A stretch of DNA of 53,779 nt. Origin: Verrucomicrobiia bacterium (GTDB taxonomy: Bacteria; Verrucomicrobiota; Verrucomicrobiia; Limisphaerales; UBA11358). Each line of letters opens with the position of its first letter. The first letter of the stretch is position 1. Both the position numbers and the translations under genes were made by a program. The DNA lies in the NCBI GenBank assembly GCA_037138135.1, contig JBAXIY010000001.1, forward strand, positions 1-53,779. Direction: 5' to 3'. The notes under the pieces were generated by a model, which saw only the letters and a list, made by a program, of their open reading frames with translations, searched no databases and had not been told where the DNA came from. Shown in pieces: positions 8,243-17,067 of this stretch.

Positions 8243-9582
8243 AAGAATCCATCACGCGCCGCGATTTCATCGGCACGACGGCTGTGGCTAGCGCGGGTCT
8301 GTTGCTGGCCTCGTGCAGTCCGGACAACGGCTCCAAAACTTCCGCAAGCAAAGGCGGCGCGTTGAGCAAACTGAACATCGCGCTCATCGGTTGCGGCGCG
8401 GAAGGTCAGGTGTTGCTCGAATCGCTGCTGGTGATTGAAGGCATTCATCTGGTGGCCATCGTGGACATCTGGAATTACAACCGCGACAGTAGTGTTCGCC
8501 GCCTCAAAGCTCAGGGCGTGGAAGTGAAGGGCTACGAAAATTACGAAGATTTACTGGCGAACGAAAAAGATTTGCAGGCGGTCATTGTGGCGACGCCGGA
8601 TTTCTGGCACGCGCCCATCACCAACGCTTGTCTCAAAGCGGGGCTGCATGTGTATTGCGAAAAGATGATGAGCAATACCATCGAAGGCGCGCGCTCCATG
8701 GTGCAGACGATGCGGGAGACAGGAAAACTGTTGCAGATCGGCCATCAACGTCGCAGTAATCCGCGTTATATGTTTGCGCTGAACCGGCTCGTGCGCGACG
8801 CGAAGATTTGTGGTCGGCTCACCGCTGCCAACGCGCAGTGGAATCGCGCGGTCACGGATGATTTTGGTTATCCCAAAAAATTCGTCATCTCGCCGGAAAA
8901 ACTGGCGCAGTATGGCTACAAGGACATGCACCAATTCCGGAACTGGCGCTGGTTCAAAGGTCTCGGCGGCGGTCCACTCTCGGATTTGGGCGCGCATCAG
9001 ATTGATATTTTCAATTGGTGGTTTGGCGTCTCGCCCACTTCCGTCATGGCCAGCGGCGGTGTGGATTATTACAAGAACCACGAGTGGTATGACAACGCGA
9101 TGGTGGTTTACGAATATCCGTTGCCGACCGGCATGGCGCGAGCCTTTTACGAAGTGTTGACCACGACCAGCGCGGGCGGTGGTTACTCCGAAACCTTCAT
9201 GGGCGACGAAGGCACGATCAAAATGTCCGAGAATCCCAACGTCACCAAACTTTACCGTGAAGATCGCGCGCCTGCGTGGGATGACTTGGTCGCGAAAAAT
9301 TATCTCCGCGCCAGCGCCACCGCCGCGCCACCGAGCGATGCGGACAAAGTGGACGTCCGCGAAACTGCGCCGTTGTTGCAATACGACATTCCGGTGACCT
9401 TCAACAAAAAGATTCACCAGCCGCATCTGGAAAACTTTTTCAACGCCATCCGCGATGCCAAAGTTAAATTGAACTGCCCGGCGGATGAAGCCTTCTCGAG
9501 TGAATACGTCATTCACAAAGCCAACGAGGCGATTGCCGCGCGCAAGACCATCGAAATCACCGCCGAAGAAACCAAAGCTTAA
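8236..9582 (+). CDS. Gfo/Idh/MocA-family oxidoreductase with twin-arginine signal / lipobox
   Basis: Start moved to ATG 8236. MVKESITRRDFIGTTAVASAGLLLASCS reads as a Tat motif plus a LASC lipobox-like site. Rossmann motif LNIALIGCGAEG and EKMMSNT are typical of the family. The 43 upstream codons in the ORF track overlap the 7691..8242 CDS. Confidence 0.85.
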   Translation: MVKESITRRDFIGTTAVASAGLLLASCSPDNGSKTSASKGGALSKLNIALIGCGAEGQVLLESLLVIEGIHLVAIVDIWNYNRDSSVRRLKAQGVEVKGYENYEDLLANEKDLQAVIVATPDFWHAPITNACLKAGLHVYCEKMMSNTIEGARSMVQTMRETGKLLQIGHQRRSNPRYMFALNRLVRDAKICGRLTAANAQWNRAVTDDFGYPKKFVISPEKLAQYGYKDMHQFRNWRWFKGLGGGPLSDLGAHQIDIFNWWFGVSPTSVMASGGVDYYKNHEWYDNAMVVYEYPLPTGMARAFYEVLTTTSAGGGYSETFMGDEGTIKMSENPNVTKLYREDRAPAWDDLVAKNYLRASATAAPPSDADKVDVRETAPLLQYDIPVTFNKKIHQPHLENFFNAIRDAKVKLNCPADEAFSSEYVIHKANEAIAARKTIEITAEETKA

Positions 9583-9590
9583 ATTATTTT

Positions 9591-10229
9591 ATGAAGAAAT
9601 TGTTCACGCTCATTGCCAGCACCACGTTGCTCACCGCCAATTTTGTTTTGGCGGATGACATGGTTCCGCTCAAGACCGATTTGCCCAAGCCGCTGTTCGT
9701 CGGCACGCCGGTGCAAATCGACGTTCCCAATCTCGAACCCAAGTTGACGAAATGGCCGGAATTTTCCGTGCCCGCCGGCTCGGTTAATCTCGCGAAAGGC
9801 AAAAAAGTCACCGCCAGCGACAGCGAACCCGTCGTCGGCACGCTCGATCTCGTCACCGATGGCGACAAGGAAGGCGATGAAGGTTCCTGGGTCGAACTCG
9901 CGCCCGGCAAACAATGGGTGCAGATCGATCTCGAAAAAGACGCGAACATTTATGCGCTCGTCGTGTGGCATTTTCACAATCAGTCCCGCGTCTATCGCGA
10001 TGTCGTGGTGCAGATTTCCGACGACCCGACGTTCAGCAAAGACGTGACGACGATTTACGACAATTCCGCCGCCGGCAAAGATCGGCCTTATCTCGAAAGT
10101 TTTTACGGCAAGATCATTGACGCGAAGGGTGTCAAAGGTCGCTACGTTCGCCTTTACAGCAACGGCAACACGACGAACAAACTCAACCACTACATCGAGG
10201 TTGAAGTGTTCGGTAAACCAGCGGCATAA
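9591..10229 (+). CDS. secreted discoidin (F5/8 type C) domain protein
   Basis: 212 aa. Signal peptide MKKLFTLIASTTLLTANFVLA. KKVTASDSE...LVTDGDK...WVQIDLEKDANIYALVVWH...GRYVRLYSNGN...IEVEVFG matches the discoidin-domain pattern. Confidence 0.75.
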   Translation: MKKLFTLIASTTLLTANFVLADDMVPLKTDLPKPLFVGTPVQIDVPNLEPKLTKWPEFSVPAGSVNLAKGKKVTASDSEPVVGTLDLVTDGDKEGDEGSWVELAPGKQWVQIDLEKDANIYALVVWHFHNQSRVYRDVVVQISDDPTFSKDVTTIYDNSAAGKDRPYLESFYGKIIDAKGVKGRYVRLYSNGNTTNKLNHYIEVEVFGKPAA

Positions 10230-10235
10230 GCAAAT

Positions 10236-10331
10236 GAAGAAGGTAGAATGCAGAATGCAGAAACAAAGGCGAGGCGGTTGAACGCTGAAACTGTTTTTAC
10301 TTCTTCATTCTTCTTTCAAACTTCTGCCTTC
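10236..10331. repeat. periodic-arm inverted repeat (heptad units)
   Basis: The purine-rich arm GAAGAAG GTAGAAT GCAGAAT GCAGAAA (10236-10263, trailing purine-rich bases to 10269) faces the pyrimidine-rich arm TTACTTC TTCATTC TTCTTTC AAACTTC TGCCTTC (10297-10331). By hand alignment about 3/4 of positions are complementary. Confidence 0.55.
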
Positions 10332-11753
10332 GTTTTAATCGCGCTGCTCGCCCTCGCCGTCCGTCTGCCGCAACTTGGCGTGCGGCCGATGCATACGGAC
10401 GAAGCCATCAATGCCTACATCGTCGGCCAACTGCTTGACGGCGAAAAATACCAATACGATCCAATTGATCGCCACGGCCCCGCGCTCGTCGAACTCACGC
10501 TGCCAATTGTTCATCTCGAAGGCGCAAAGAAATTTTCCGACCTGACTGAAACACAACTTCGACTTGTTCCCGTCCTCATCGGTAGTGCCACCGTTTTACT
10601 GTTTGCCACTGCGGTAGAGATTTTCGGCTTCATTCCTAGTCTCGTCGCCGCCTTGCTGTTCGCCTTCGCTCCCCTGCCCGTTTATTACAACCGCTATTTC
10701 ATTCACGAAACTTTATTTGTCGCCGCCACGCTCGGTTTGATTTTGTCCGGCGCGCACGCGTTGCTGAAAAATTCATTTGTCGCCGCCGCGCTCGCGGGAT
10801 TTTGCGCGGCACTGATGCTCGCCTGCAAAGAAACCGCCACGCTCCATTTCTTCGCGCTCGGACTCGCCGCCGCCATCGGCTGGCGCTTGCGTGCGAATGG
10901 AAAAATACCGCCTCTCAAAATATTTATCACTACGGCAATCAGCTTTCTTGTCGCCGGAATTTTACTCTTCACTTGGTTCGGACAGAACTGGTCGGCGCTC
11001 GCGGATTTGTTCCGCGCCGTCCCGCATCTCGCCGCGCGCGCCGGCGGCGAAGGCCACGAAAAACCATTCTGGTATTACCTCGTTCTGCTCGCCGGCGGCT
11101 GGTCGGGCAGCTTGCTGCTCGGCCTCGCATTGGCCGGAGCCTTTTTTGCCACACGCTCATTCGCCAAGCTGACACTGGCGATTTATGCGCTTTTGATTTA
11201 CGTGATTTACTGTGTCATCCCTTACAAAACACCGTGGCTCGCGCTCAACTTCTGGCTGCCGTTCGCATTGCTGATGGGTTTCGCTGTGGAACGGCTTTGG
11301 TTCGCCAGCCGAAAACTTTCCGTGCGCACCGCCATTTTGATTGGTGGCGGCGTTCTGGGATTGCTTATCGCACACGACACACGGCTGCGCGTTTTTGTTT
11401 TTCCAACGGATGAAATAAATCCCTACGCCTACGCGCACACGACGGAAGATTTGCTCGGACTGCCTGTCCGACTGGAGGAATTGGCGCAGCAAAATAAAAT
11501 CTCCAACCCGCGCATCGCCGTTGTCGCCAAAGACGCTTGGCCGCTGCCGTGGTATCTGCGGAAATTTTCCAACGTCGGTTTTTGGCAGCCGAATCAGGAA
11601 ACCGGCGACGCCGATTTCTTCATCACCACAACGGATGTTTCCGATCAACTGGCGGCGCGGCTGAAAGATTTCCGCCCGGATTTTTTTGGTGTGCGGCCGA
11701 ACGTGCTGCTGATCTTGTGGTCGCCGCCCAATACGAATTCAAGCCATGAGTGA
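10248..11753 (+). CDS. GT-C fold membrane glycosyltransferase-like protein (ArnT/PMT-like; TIGR03663-like)
   Basis: 501 aa and polytopic. The early loop RPMHTDEAINAY...YDPIDRHGPAL is typical of ArnT/PMT-like proteins. In-frame TTG 10278 is an alternative start, because the first ATG lies inside the repeat. Confidence 0.75.
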   Translation: MQNAETKARRLNAETVFTSSFFFQTSAFVLIALLALAVRLPQLGVRPMHTDEAINAYIVGQLLDGEKYQYDPIDRHGPALVELTLPIVHLEGAKKFSDLTETQLRLVPVLIGSATVLLFATAVEIFGFIPSLVAALLFAFAPLPVYYNRYFIHETLFVAATLGLILSGAHALLKNSFVAAALAGFCAALMLACKETATLHFFALGLAAAIGWRLRANGKIPPLKIFITTAISFLVAGILLFTWFGQNWSALADLFRAVPHLAARAGGEGHEKPFWYYLVLLAGGWSGSLLLGLALAGAFFATRSFAKLTLAIYALLIYVIYCVIPYKTPWLALNFWLPFALLMGFAVERLWFASRKLSVRTAILIGGGVLGLLIAHDTRLRVFVFPTDEINPYAYAHTTEDLLGLPVRLEELAQQNKISNPRIAVVAKDAWPLPWYLRKFSNVGFWQPNQETGDADFFITTTDVSDQLAARLKDFRPDFFGVRPNVLLILWSPPNTNSSHE

Positions 11754-12579
11754 CAGCATCCATGTCTTCAATCACAACGCGATGGCGACGCAGTTTCAGG
11801 TGCGCATCGCGGGCGAAGAAAAAACTTACGCCACGCAGACGGCGCAGGCGGCGTTTGCGCTTGCGGACGAATTGGAATCACGTTTGAGCCGCTTCCGCGC
11901 AAACAGCGAGATTTCGCAGATCGCCCAACTCGTGCCCGGCGATAAATTGCGTTTGAGCGAACCGGTCTTTGCGTGTCTGCGACTCGCGCAACGCATGGAG
12001 TTTGCCACGCGCGGCGCGTTTTCCGCCACCGCTTCCGCCTTGCGCCATCAACCGACCAAACCGTTGTGGGCGTTGGTGGAAAATGAATTCACGCTGCGCT
12101 GTGACAGCGGAAAATTGGAATTCGATCTGGGCGCGATTGGCAAAGGTTTTGCGCTCGACCGCATGGCCGAGGTGTTGCGCGAATGGAGTTGCCCCGCGTT
12201 CATGCTCGTAGCCGGTGGTAGCAGCATTCTCACCGGCGACGCTCCGGCGGGAACGGTTGGTTGGGATTGCGGTCTCGGCGAAAATAATTCCTCGCGGCGT
12301 CACTGGTTGGCAAATGTTTCGTTGAGCGGCTCCGGCCTCGCGGTGAAAGGCGAACATATTTTCGATCCACGCACCGGTCTCGCCAGTTCGCGCCGCCATC
12401 GCGCGTGGGCGCTCACGACTTCCGCCGCCGAGTCCGATGCGCTCTCGACGGCGTGCATGATTTTGGATGAAACGGAAATTCTCGACGTGCTCAAACGCAA
12501 CGCCGATTGGCTGGTCTTCCTGAATGAGAAAAACGAATGGCGGCAGCTAGGCCAACGCCCAGTGCCGCCACTCGTTTAA
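11746..12579 (+). CDS. apbE: FAD:protein FMN transferase (ApbE family)
   Basis: 277 aa. MATQFQVRI, DLGAIGKGFALDRMAEVL and SGSGLAVKGEHIFDPRTG match ApbE motifs. Overlaps the upstream gene by 8 nt. No obvious signal peptide or lipobox. Confidence 0.85.
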   Translation: MSDSIHVFNHNAMATQFQVRIAGEEKTYATQTAQAAFALADELESRLSRFRANSEISQIAQLVPGDKLRLSEPVFACLRLAQRMEFATRGAFSATASALRHQPTKPLWALVENEFTLRCDSGKLEFDLGAIGKGFALDRMAEVLREWSCPAFMLVAGGSSILTGDAPAGTVGWDCGLGENNSSRRHWLANVSLSGSGLAVKGEHIFDPRTGLASSRRHRAWALTTSAAESDALSTACMILDETEILDVLKRNADWLVFLNEKNEWRQLGQRPVPPLV

Positions 12580-12636
12580 TTTTTAAAACTCTCGGTAGGT
12601 GAACCGTGATGACGAACGTGCAGTTAAGCAGCTTGG

Positions 12637-12948
12637 TTATCTTGACCGCTTGTCTAGTGAGTTCTTGTGGAGCAAAACCAATAAAGTAATGAAGTTAAAA
12701 AACACACCTAGGAAAAACCACAGCCAGGCGTTTCGGCCAGTCTGCTGCGCCCACAAAGCGCAAAAAGCCGCGCAAACAAATACGGCTAAACCAACTGCGC
12801 CATTTTCTGAAACTCGATATTCAAGATAGCCAACCTTCTGCTCTAACTTGTCTAGGCGTGAATCAACCGACTGCGCCATCACCCGCATCGGCATAAACGC
12901 CGCAAAGGACAGAGCAGCTAGGCAGAGAAAGATATGGATGGATTTCAT
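12637..12948 (-). CDS. small membrane protein, unknown function
   Basis: 103 aa. Signal-like MKSIHIFLCLAALSFAAFMPMRVMA, a short coiled segment (LDKLEQKVGYLEYRV), then two hydrophobic helices. The 3' part is locally AT-rich (one 60-nt line counted at ~33% G+C). Confidence 0.55.
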   Translation of the reverse strand: MKSIHIFLCLAALSFAAFMPMRVMAQSVDSRLDKLEQKVGYLEYRVSENGAVGLAVFVCAAFCALWAQQTGRNAWLWFFLGVFFNFITLLVLLHKNSLDKRSR

Positions 12949-12968
12949 ATTTATAATCCACCTACCAA

Positions 12969-14528
12969 CTACTCCGACTTAGTCGCGAGTTGCACCGGCT
13001 GGTAGCCGCCGCGCGATTTGAAATACGCCAGCAGCGCGAGATAGGACGCGAGCATGAAGAGCGGGAACAACGCCATCTTGCCGAGCGCGCTGAATTGTCC
13101 CGTGGTCGTGGCGTTGGTGATCGCCGTGGTCGAAGTCGCATCCGTCACGGCGGCGCTCTTCACGGGATCAATCGCCTGATATTTGCCGAGCAGATAATTT
13201 TTCTCCACGGTCACCGTTTGATAGAGCGCGGGATTCGCGGCGGCGAGCTGCTGCGTCGCGGACGATTCCTGCAAATAGCCGATGAACGGCGCACCGAGAA
13301 TGCCCACGGACAACATCCCGATGCCACCGATCGCGTTCAACGTCAGCGCGCCGCCTTTCGGACATTGCTCGGAAGTCAGACCGAGAATCGTCGGCCAGAA
13401 AAACGTTTTGCCCACGCCGTAAAGCGTCGCCGCTGCGAAGATGGTAAAGATGCCCGCGCTCGCCGTTTTGGAAAGAGCGAACAAACCGATAGCCGCCAGC
13501 GTGGAACAACCCGCGAGCAAACCGAGCGGCGAGAGTTTGTGAATGAGCGGCCCGGCGCAGAAGCGCAAGATCACCATGATGGCCGAGGTGTAAACCAAGA
13601 CCCACGCGGGATTGTGGCCGGCGGCTTGCATCGGCGACGCCATGAGCGAGGTGATCCAGCCGTCCGTGCCGAGTTCCGTCGTCGCCTGCGGAATCATGAT
13701 GATGATGAGAAACGCCAGCAGGAAGCGGCCAAAGGATTTGGTCACGATGGCAAAGGTCAGCACCACCGCGCCGGTGAGTCCCCACACTACGGCGTTGCTC
13801 CAGCCGAAGACCTGACCGAGCTGCGCGAATACGAGACCGAAGCCCACAAGCGCGCCGAACGCGCCGAGTTCCTTGAGCATCGCCACGTAGCCGACGCCCG
13901 CCTGTTCGCGTTCGCTTTTCGGAAATTGTTTACCGACCAGAATGAAGAAGAACGCAAACGCCGGCACCAGAATCAAACCAAGCGTGAGCCGCCAGTCGGT
14001 GTTCGCGGCGAGCGCGATGGTGCACAGTCCGCCGAGCACCAAACCGCTCGGCCAGCCCGCATGCAGCCGGTTGAGCCACTTGGATTTTTCCGAGCTGAAC
14101 ATCGTGGTGACGATGGGATTGATGTAAGCCTCCACGCTGCCGTTGCCGAGGCCGAGGATGATGCTGCCCCAGTAAAGCAATTGATAACCGTGCTTCTGCG
14201 CCGCGACCAGCGCATCGCCCGTCACGCCGTGCACCGCGCCGTAAGCCGCGAATGCCAGCGCGATGTAAACGAGATAACTCGCGAACGAAAACAGCATCGC
14301 GATTTTGTAGCCGATGCGGTCGATGAACAGACTGAAGATGATGATGCTCACGCCGAACGGCCAGATGCCCGCGCCGACGAGTTCGCCGACGGACACTTTA
14401 TCGAGGCCGAACTCCGTGGCGAACTGCGGCCCCGTGCACAGGATGATGCGGCTGATGAACGCGTAGCTCGTGGTGATGAGGGCGATGAAGCAGCCCCAGA
14501 ACAGAATCTTGTCGTGTTTGTTATTCAT
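12969..14528 (-). CDS. MFS transporter with extended C-terminal region
   Basis: The ORF opens with TTG at 14564; the first ATG (14528) gives MNNKHDKILFWGCFIALITT. About 12 hydrophobic helices are followed by a ~70-aa Thr/Ala-rich segment and one more helix (MALFPLFMLASYLALLAYF). Confidence 0.8.
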   Translation of the reverse strand: MNNKHDKILFWGCFIALITTSYAFISRIILCTGPQFATEFGLDKVSVGELVGAGIWPFGVSIIIFSLFIDRIGYKIAMLFSFASYLVYIALAFAAYGAVHGVTGDALVAAQKHGYQLLYWGSIILGLGNGSVEAYINPIVTTMFSSEKSKWLNRLHAGWPSGLVLGGLCTIALAANTDWRLTLGLILVPAFAFFFILVGKQFPKSEREQAGVGYVAMLKELGAFGALVGFGLVFAQLGQVFGWSNAVVWGLTGAVVLTFAIVTKSFGRFLLAFLIIIMIPQATTELGTDGWITSLMASPMQAAGHNPAWVLVYTSAIMVILRFCAGPLIHKLSPLGLLAGCSTLAAIGLFALSKTASAGIFTIFAAATLYGVGKTFFWPTILGLTSEQCPKGGALTLNAIGGIGMLSVGILGAPFIGYLQESSATQQLAAANPALYQTVTVEKNYLLGKYQAIDPVKSAAVTDATSTTAITNATTTGQFSALGKMALFPLFMLASYLALLAYFKSRGGYQPVQLATKSE

Positions 14529-14639
14529 GGGAAAAGGAATGGCGTAATGCTCGCGACTGGCCAAAAAGTGTCAACGGTAAAAACGGATAGCTAGAATCAT
14601 TGTTGGCTCCGGATGATTCAATTGTTTTTCGGTCAACTC

Positions 14640-16580
14640 CTAGTGGCCGAGAAATTTTCGGAGCATTTCCGGGCCGTTCTGCCAAAAAATAATGGCTACG
14701 CCCATCAACGCGCCGCCGGCCATCACGCCGGAGGCCACGGGGAAAAGAAATTCCTCCGACTTGGCCGGGGATTTTTTCTGCCACCACCAACCGATGACCG
14801 CGCCCATGAAAAACAGCACTCCGTAATACCATTGGAAAATCCACGCCAACCCGAAGCCGGAAGCGGACGGCAGATATTTTTCATGCTTCGGAAAAATCAC
14901 CGGTAAAATCGCAAACACAATTCCTACCACGCCGCCGATAGCGATGCTCCAGACTTTCGCGGGCGCGAGCGCCTCGAAACCTTTGCTCAACGCCTGCGCG
15001 ACGGCAGCCCACGTCTGCGCAGCGGGCGCGGGAAATTGATCAGAGCCGATGACTTCCGGCTTGTCCACAATGAGCGTGAAGGCAAACACGCTGACAACTG
15101 TGCCTATGAAAATACCGGCGAACTGCGCAAGAAATTGTTTGCGCGGATTCGCGCCGAGCAGATAGCCGCTCTTCAAATCGGTCAGCAAATCGGCGGACGA
15201 ACCGGCGGCGCCAGCGGTAATGTTTGCAGCCATGAGATTGACGTTCATGTTGCCGGGACTCAACGCGCCGAACGTGAGTTGCGTGACTTTGCCGAGCGGG
15301 CCGATGGGCGTGGTGTCCGTTTCGCCGGTTATACGGCACGCAACGAGCGCAAGCGCAAAGGACAGCACCACCGCCAGCGCGCTTTGCCAATACGGCATCC
15401 CAAACGACGCGTGCGCCAGTAGCGCCAGCGCGATGAGAGAAACAAATTGTCCGACCGCAAACCACGTCATCGGTGTTTCGATTGATTCCATCTCCGTCGG
15501 AAATTTTGATTTGCGCGAAAAGATTTTTCCGAGATCCAGAAAGGCGCGGAGCGAAATGCGCCATTGCAAAATAAAATTCAGCAGACTCGCGAAGACCATG
15601 CACGAGACGCCCGGCCATAACGTCCATTGCACACATTCGCGGAAACCGCCGGCGGCTTTGATGAGGCCGATGTTTTGCAGCGCGGGCACATACAGCATCC
15701 AGCACGCGAAACTCCCGATGAGAATACTGATGCACACGCGCATGCCCATGATCGCGCCGGACGCGATGAAAATCGGCTCCCAACTGAACATCACTGTGCG
15801 GCCAACCCACGTCGGGCCAAAAATAAAGGCGCTGAATTTTGTGCAAAGGGTATCGCTGGAAAATGCGGCGAGTTTCGGGATGACGGCAAATCCGTCGTGA
15901 ATAAAATTATCAATGGCGGCAATCGCGCCTGCGATGCCCAGCGCTTTAGCCGCGCGCATGCCTTTTTGTCCGTGTGAGTGAAGTGCGCGCAAGGTTTCGG
16001 CTGCCGCGACGCCGCTGGGAAAACGGAGTTGCTCGATGTTGATCATCTGTTTCTTCATCGGAATCGCCATCGTGACGCCAAGCACGGCCAGAAAGAAAAC
16101 CCACGCGAAGGTCAGCGGCAGCGGCAGCGCGTGACCGTTCAACATGATGAATGCCGCAAACGCCGACACCAGCGTGCCGCCGGTCGAGTAGCCCGCCGAA
16201 CTCGCGCAGGATTGCATGCAGTTGTTTTCAAGAATGGTCATCGGCACTTTGGCGAGACCGATGCGCACGAAGGTCGTCCAGATGGCGTAGGACAAAATGC
16301 ACGCGGTGATGGCGACGCCCATGCCCCAGCCGGATTTTAAACCGATGTAAAGATTGGTGAGCGACAGCACCGCGCCCAGAACCGAACCCATCAGCACGGC
16401 GCGCCACGTGAGCTGCTTCATCGAATCGCCGCGCCCGCGATAAACTTGTTCGAACCATTGGCGCTCGATTTCTTCCGGTGTGCCAGTGAAACCGACGAGC
16501 GGTAATTCATATTCCGTGGCGGATTTTTCCGCCGGAGAGTTGGCAGCCGGATTCATGCGCGCAAGTTCGGTATTAGGCAA
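14640..16580 (-). CDS. OPT-family oligopeptide transporter
   Basis: 646 aa. QLTWRAVLMGSVLGAVLSLTNLYIGLKSGWGMGVAIT is typical of the OPT superfamily, and the protein is polytopic. TTG start at 16580 (6 nt after the upstream stop); ATG 16556 is an alternative. Confidence 0.85.
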   Translation of the reverse strand: MPNTELARMNPAANSPAEKSATEYELPLVGFTGTPEEIERQWFEQVYRGRGDSMKQLTWRAVLMGSVLGAVLSLTNLYIGLKSGWGMGVAITACILSYAIWTTFVRIGLAKVPMTILENNCMQSCASSAGYSTGGTLVSAFAAFIMLNGHALPLPLTFAWVFFLAVLGVTMAIPMKKQMINIEQLRFPSGVAAAETLRALHSHGQKGMRAAKALGIAGAIAAIDNFIHDGFAVIPKLAAFSSDTLCTKFSAFIFGPTWVGRTVMFSWEPIFIASGAIMGMRVCISILIGSFACWMLYVPALQNIGLIKAAGGFRECVQWTLWPGVSCMVFASLLNFILQWRISLRAFLDLGKIFSRKSKFPTEMESIETPMTWFAVGQFVSLIALALLAHASFGMPYWQSALAVVLSFALALVACRITGETDTTPIGPLGKVTQLTFGALSPGNMNVNLMAANITAGAAGSSADLLTDLKSGYLLGANPRKQFLAQFAGIFIGTVVSVFAFTLIVDKPEVIGSDQFPAPAAQTWAAVAQALSKGFEALAPAKVWSIAIGGVVGIVFAILPVIFPKHEKYLPSASGFGLAWIFQWYYGVLFFMGAVIGWWWQKKSPAKSEEFLFPVASGVMAGGALMGVAIIFWQNGPEMLRKFLGH

Positions 16581-16586
16581 GCTGCG

Positions 16587-17036
16587 TCAGGACTTGGTGA
16601 AGATTTTTGTGTCCAGAGAATCTCCCAGCGGATTCATCCGAACAGCCTCAGCCAGCTCGACGAATGGCACTTGCGCCTTGAGCCAGTTGGGGTTTTTGGC
16701 GATGGCTTCCATGGATTCGCTGGTGTTATTGCAGATCAAATAAAGGCCGTTGCCCAAAACCAAAAACGCCTCGTAGCTGGTGCCAACGCCATGCCGCGCA
16801 AATTCAAAATCGCCTGCGCCATATTTTCCGTCGAGCAGCGCGGAGCGGAGCGCGCCAAGATCGGCCACGAAGTTTTTTAGAAACTCGTCGTTGCGCGGTC
16901 CGGTGTAATGCAGAATGCGCGCGCGGTTGCGTTCGAGCGACACGACTACCCATTCGTCAAAAACCACGCCCGCATAGCTGACGTTCATCCGCTCGGCGCA
17001 GCCTTTGATTTTTCCACGAATCTCTTCCAGCGTCAT
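16587..17036 (-). CDS. hypothetical cytoplasmic protein (no family recognised)
   Basis: 149-aa ORF with ordinary, non-repetitive residue usage by eye. Tightly packed between the methyltransferase and OPT genes. Confidence 0.6.
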   Translation of the reverse strand: MTLEEIRGKIKGCAERMNVSYAGVVFDEWVVVSLERNRARILHYTGPRNDEFLKNFVADLGALRSALLDGKYGAGDFEFARHGVGTSYEAFLVLGNGLYLICNNTSESMEAIAKNPNWLKAQVPFVELAEAVRMNPLGDSLDTKIFTKS

Positions 17037-17067
17037 GTTGGGAGCAGAACAAATCCCACGCCTGCGC

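Noticed and set aside
8551-10190. Minus-strand ORFs 8551..9516 (321 aa) and 9579..10190 (203 aa)
   Set aside because: They are antisense to the Gfo/Idh/MocA and discoidin genes, both of which have clear family motifs and signal peptides. No motifs appear in the antisense products.
12990-14594. 534-aa plus-strand ORF
   Set aside because: It is exactly antisense to the MFS transporter. Its product is extremely Arg/Glu/Asp/His-rich (RRGR, ERRE runs), which is not protein-like.
15036-16340. Several 100-270-aa ORFs on both strands inside the OPT transporter gene
   Set aside because: They are alternative frames of a long polytopic transporter gene. All are Arg/His/Ala-rich and lack motifs.
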